Of a stretch of 64,000 nt of DNA, positions 63,918-64,000 are shown one piece after another (positions within the stretch are counted from its first letter, which is position 1; every line of letters begins with the position of its first letter). The stretch spans positions 451,353 through 515,352 of the forward strand of contig CAWARX010000005.1 of NCBI GenBank assembly GCA_963784595.1, read 5' to 3'. The translations under genes were made by a program, and so were the position numbers. This DNA is from an uncultured Actinomycetes bacterium. GTDB lineage: Bacteria; Actinomycetota; Acidimicrobiia; IMCC26256; DASPTH01. The notes beneath the pieces are model-generated. The model ran no database searches and had not been told where the DNA came from. It was given only the letters and a program-made list of their open reading frames with translations.

Positions 63918-63955
63918 CCGTCCACTTCGGCCCACACCGGAGTCGGGCGGTTTTT
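63918..63955 (+). terminator. intrinsic terminator/attenuator hairpin with a U-tract
   Basis: CCGTCCACTTCGG-CCCACA-CCGGAGTcGGGCGG followed by TTTTT (63951-63955). It is a 13-bp stem with one mismatch and one bulge, located in the 5' leader of the gene starting at 63991. Confidence 0.55.
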
Positions 63956-63990
63956 CGTTGCCGGGACACTTCCACCGTGAGGACCACCCA

Positions 63991-64000
63991 GTGAGCTACC
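63991..64000 (+). CDS. 5' end of an unidentified gene (first 3 codons only)
   Basis: GTG 63991 lies 7 nt after GAGGA. The identity cannot be read from the window; a branched-chain amino acid biosynthesis gene is suspected only from the upstream leader. Confidence 0.3.

Overview
High-GC (~70%) chromosomal core region of an Actinomycetota genome; the lineage guess is Acidimicrobiia-like, at low confidence. A conserved housekeeping backbone dominates: 3 tRNAs, tig-clpP-clpX, valS-folC-ndk, mreBCD-mrdA-rodA, radical-SAM/DUF2344/rne, rplU-rpmA-obg-proB-proA, nadD-rsfS, serA, leuCD, ppa and greA. Accessory modules sit between these blocks: PqqD plus a glycosyltransferase at the left edge, a MoxR/VWA pair, an isolated hisHF pair, a GH73 lipoprotein with propeller-like repeats, and an OmpR/HK operon coupled to an EEP-fold protein and a mycothiol-type formaldehyde dehydrogenase. 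Further accessory modules are an ABC-2 transporter, a DUF559 cassette, an MFS pump, MarR plus a fused ABC exporter, a CPA2 antiporter fused to a GlnD-like ACT module, and hydantoinase A/B. Main observations: (i) about 29 single-base frame disruptions fall in about 20 otherwise well-conserved genes, several of them essential, and are most simply explained as assembly indel errors; these genes are typed pseudogene here only because the sequence as given is disrupted. (ii) A 49-51 bp palindromic element occurs three times, and two copies bracket a DUF559 endonuclease-like gene. (iii) The antiporter-GlnD/ACT fusion is an unusual domain architecture. (iv) A near-leaderless Ile/Val-rich leader peptide with an attenuator lies at the right edge. 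(v) A 292-bp highly structured spacer separates proB from proA. No rRNA, CRISPR array, transposase or phage genes were seen. All family assignments come from reading the translations; no database search was run.
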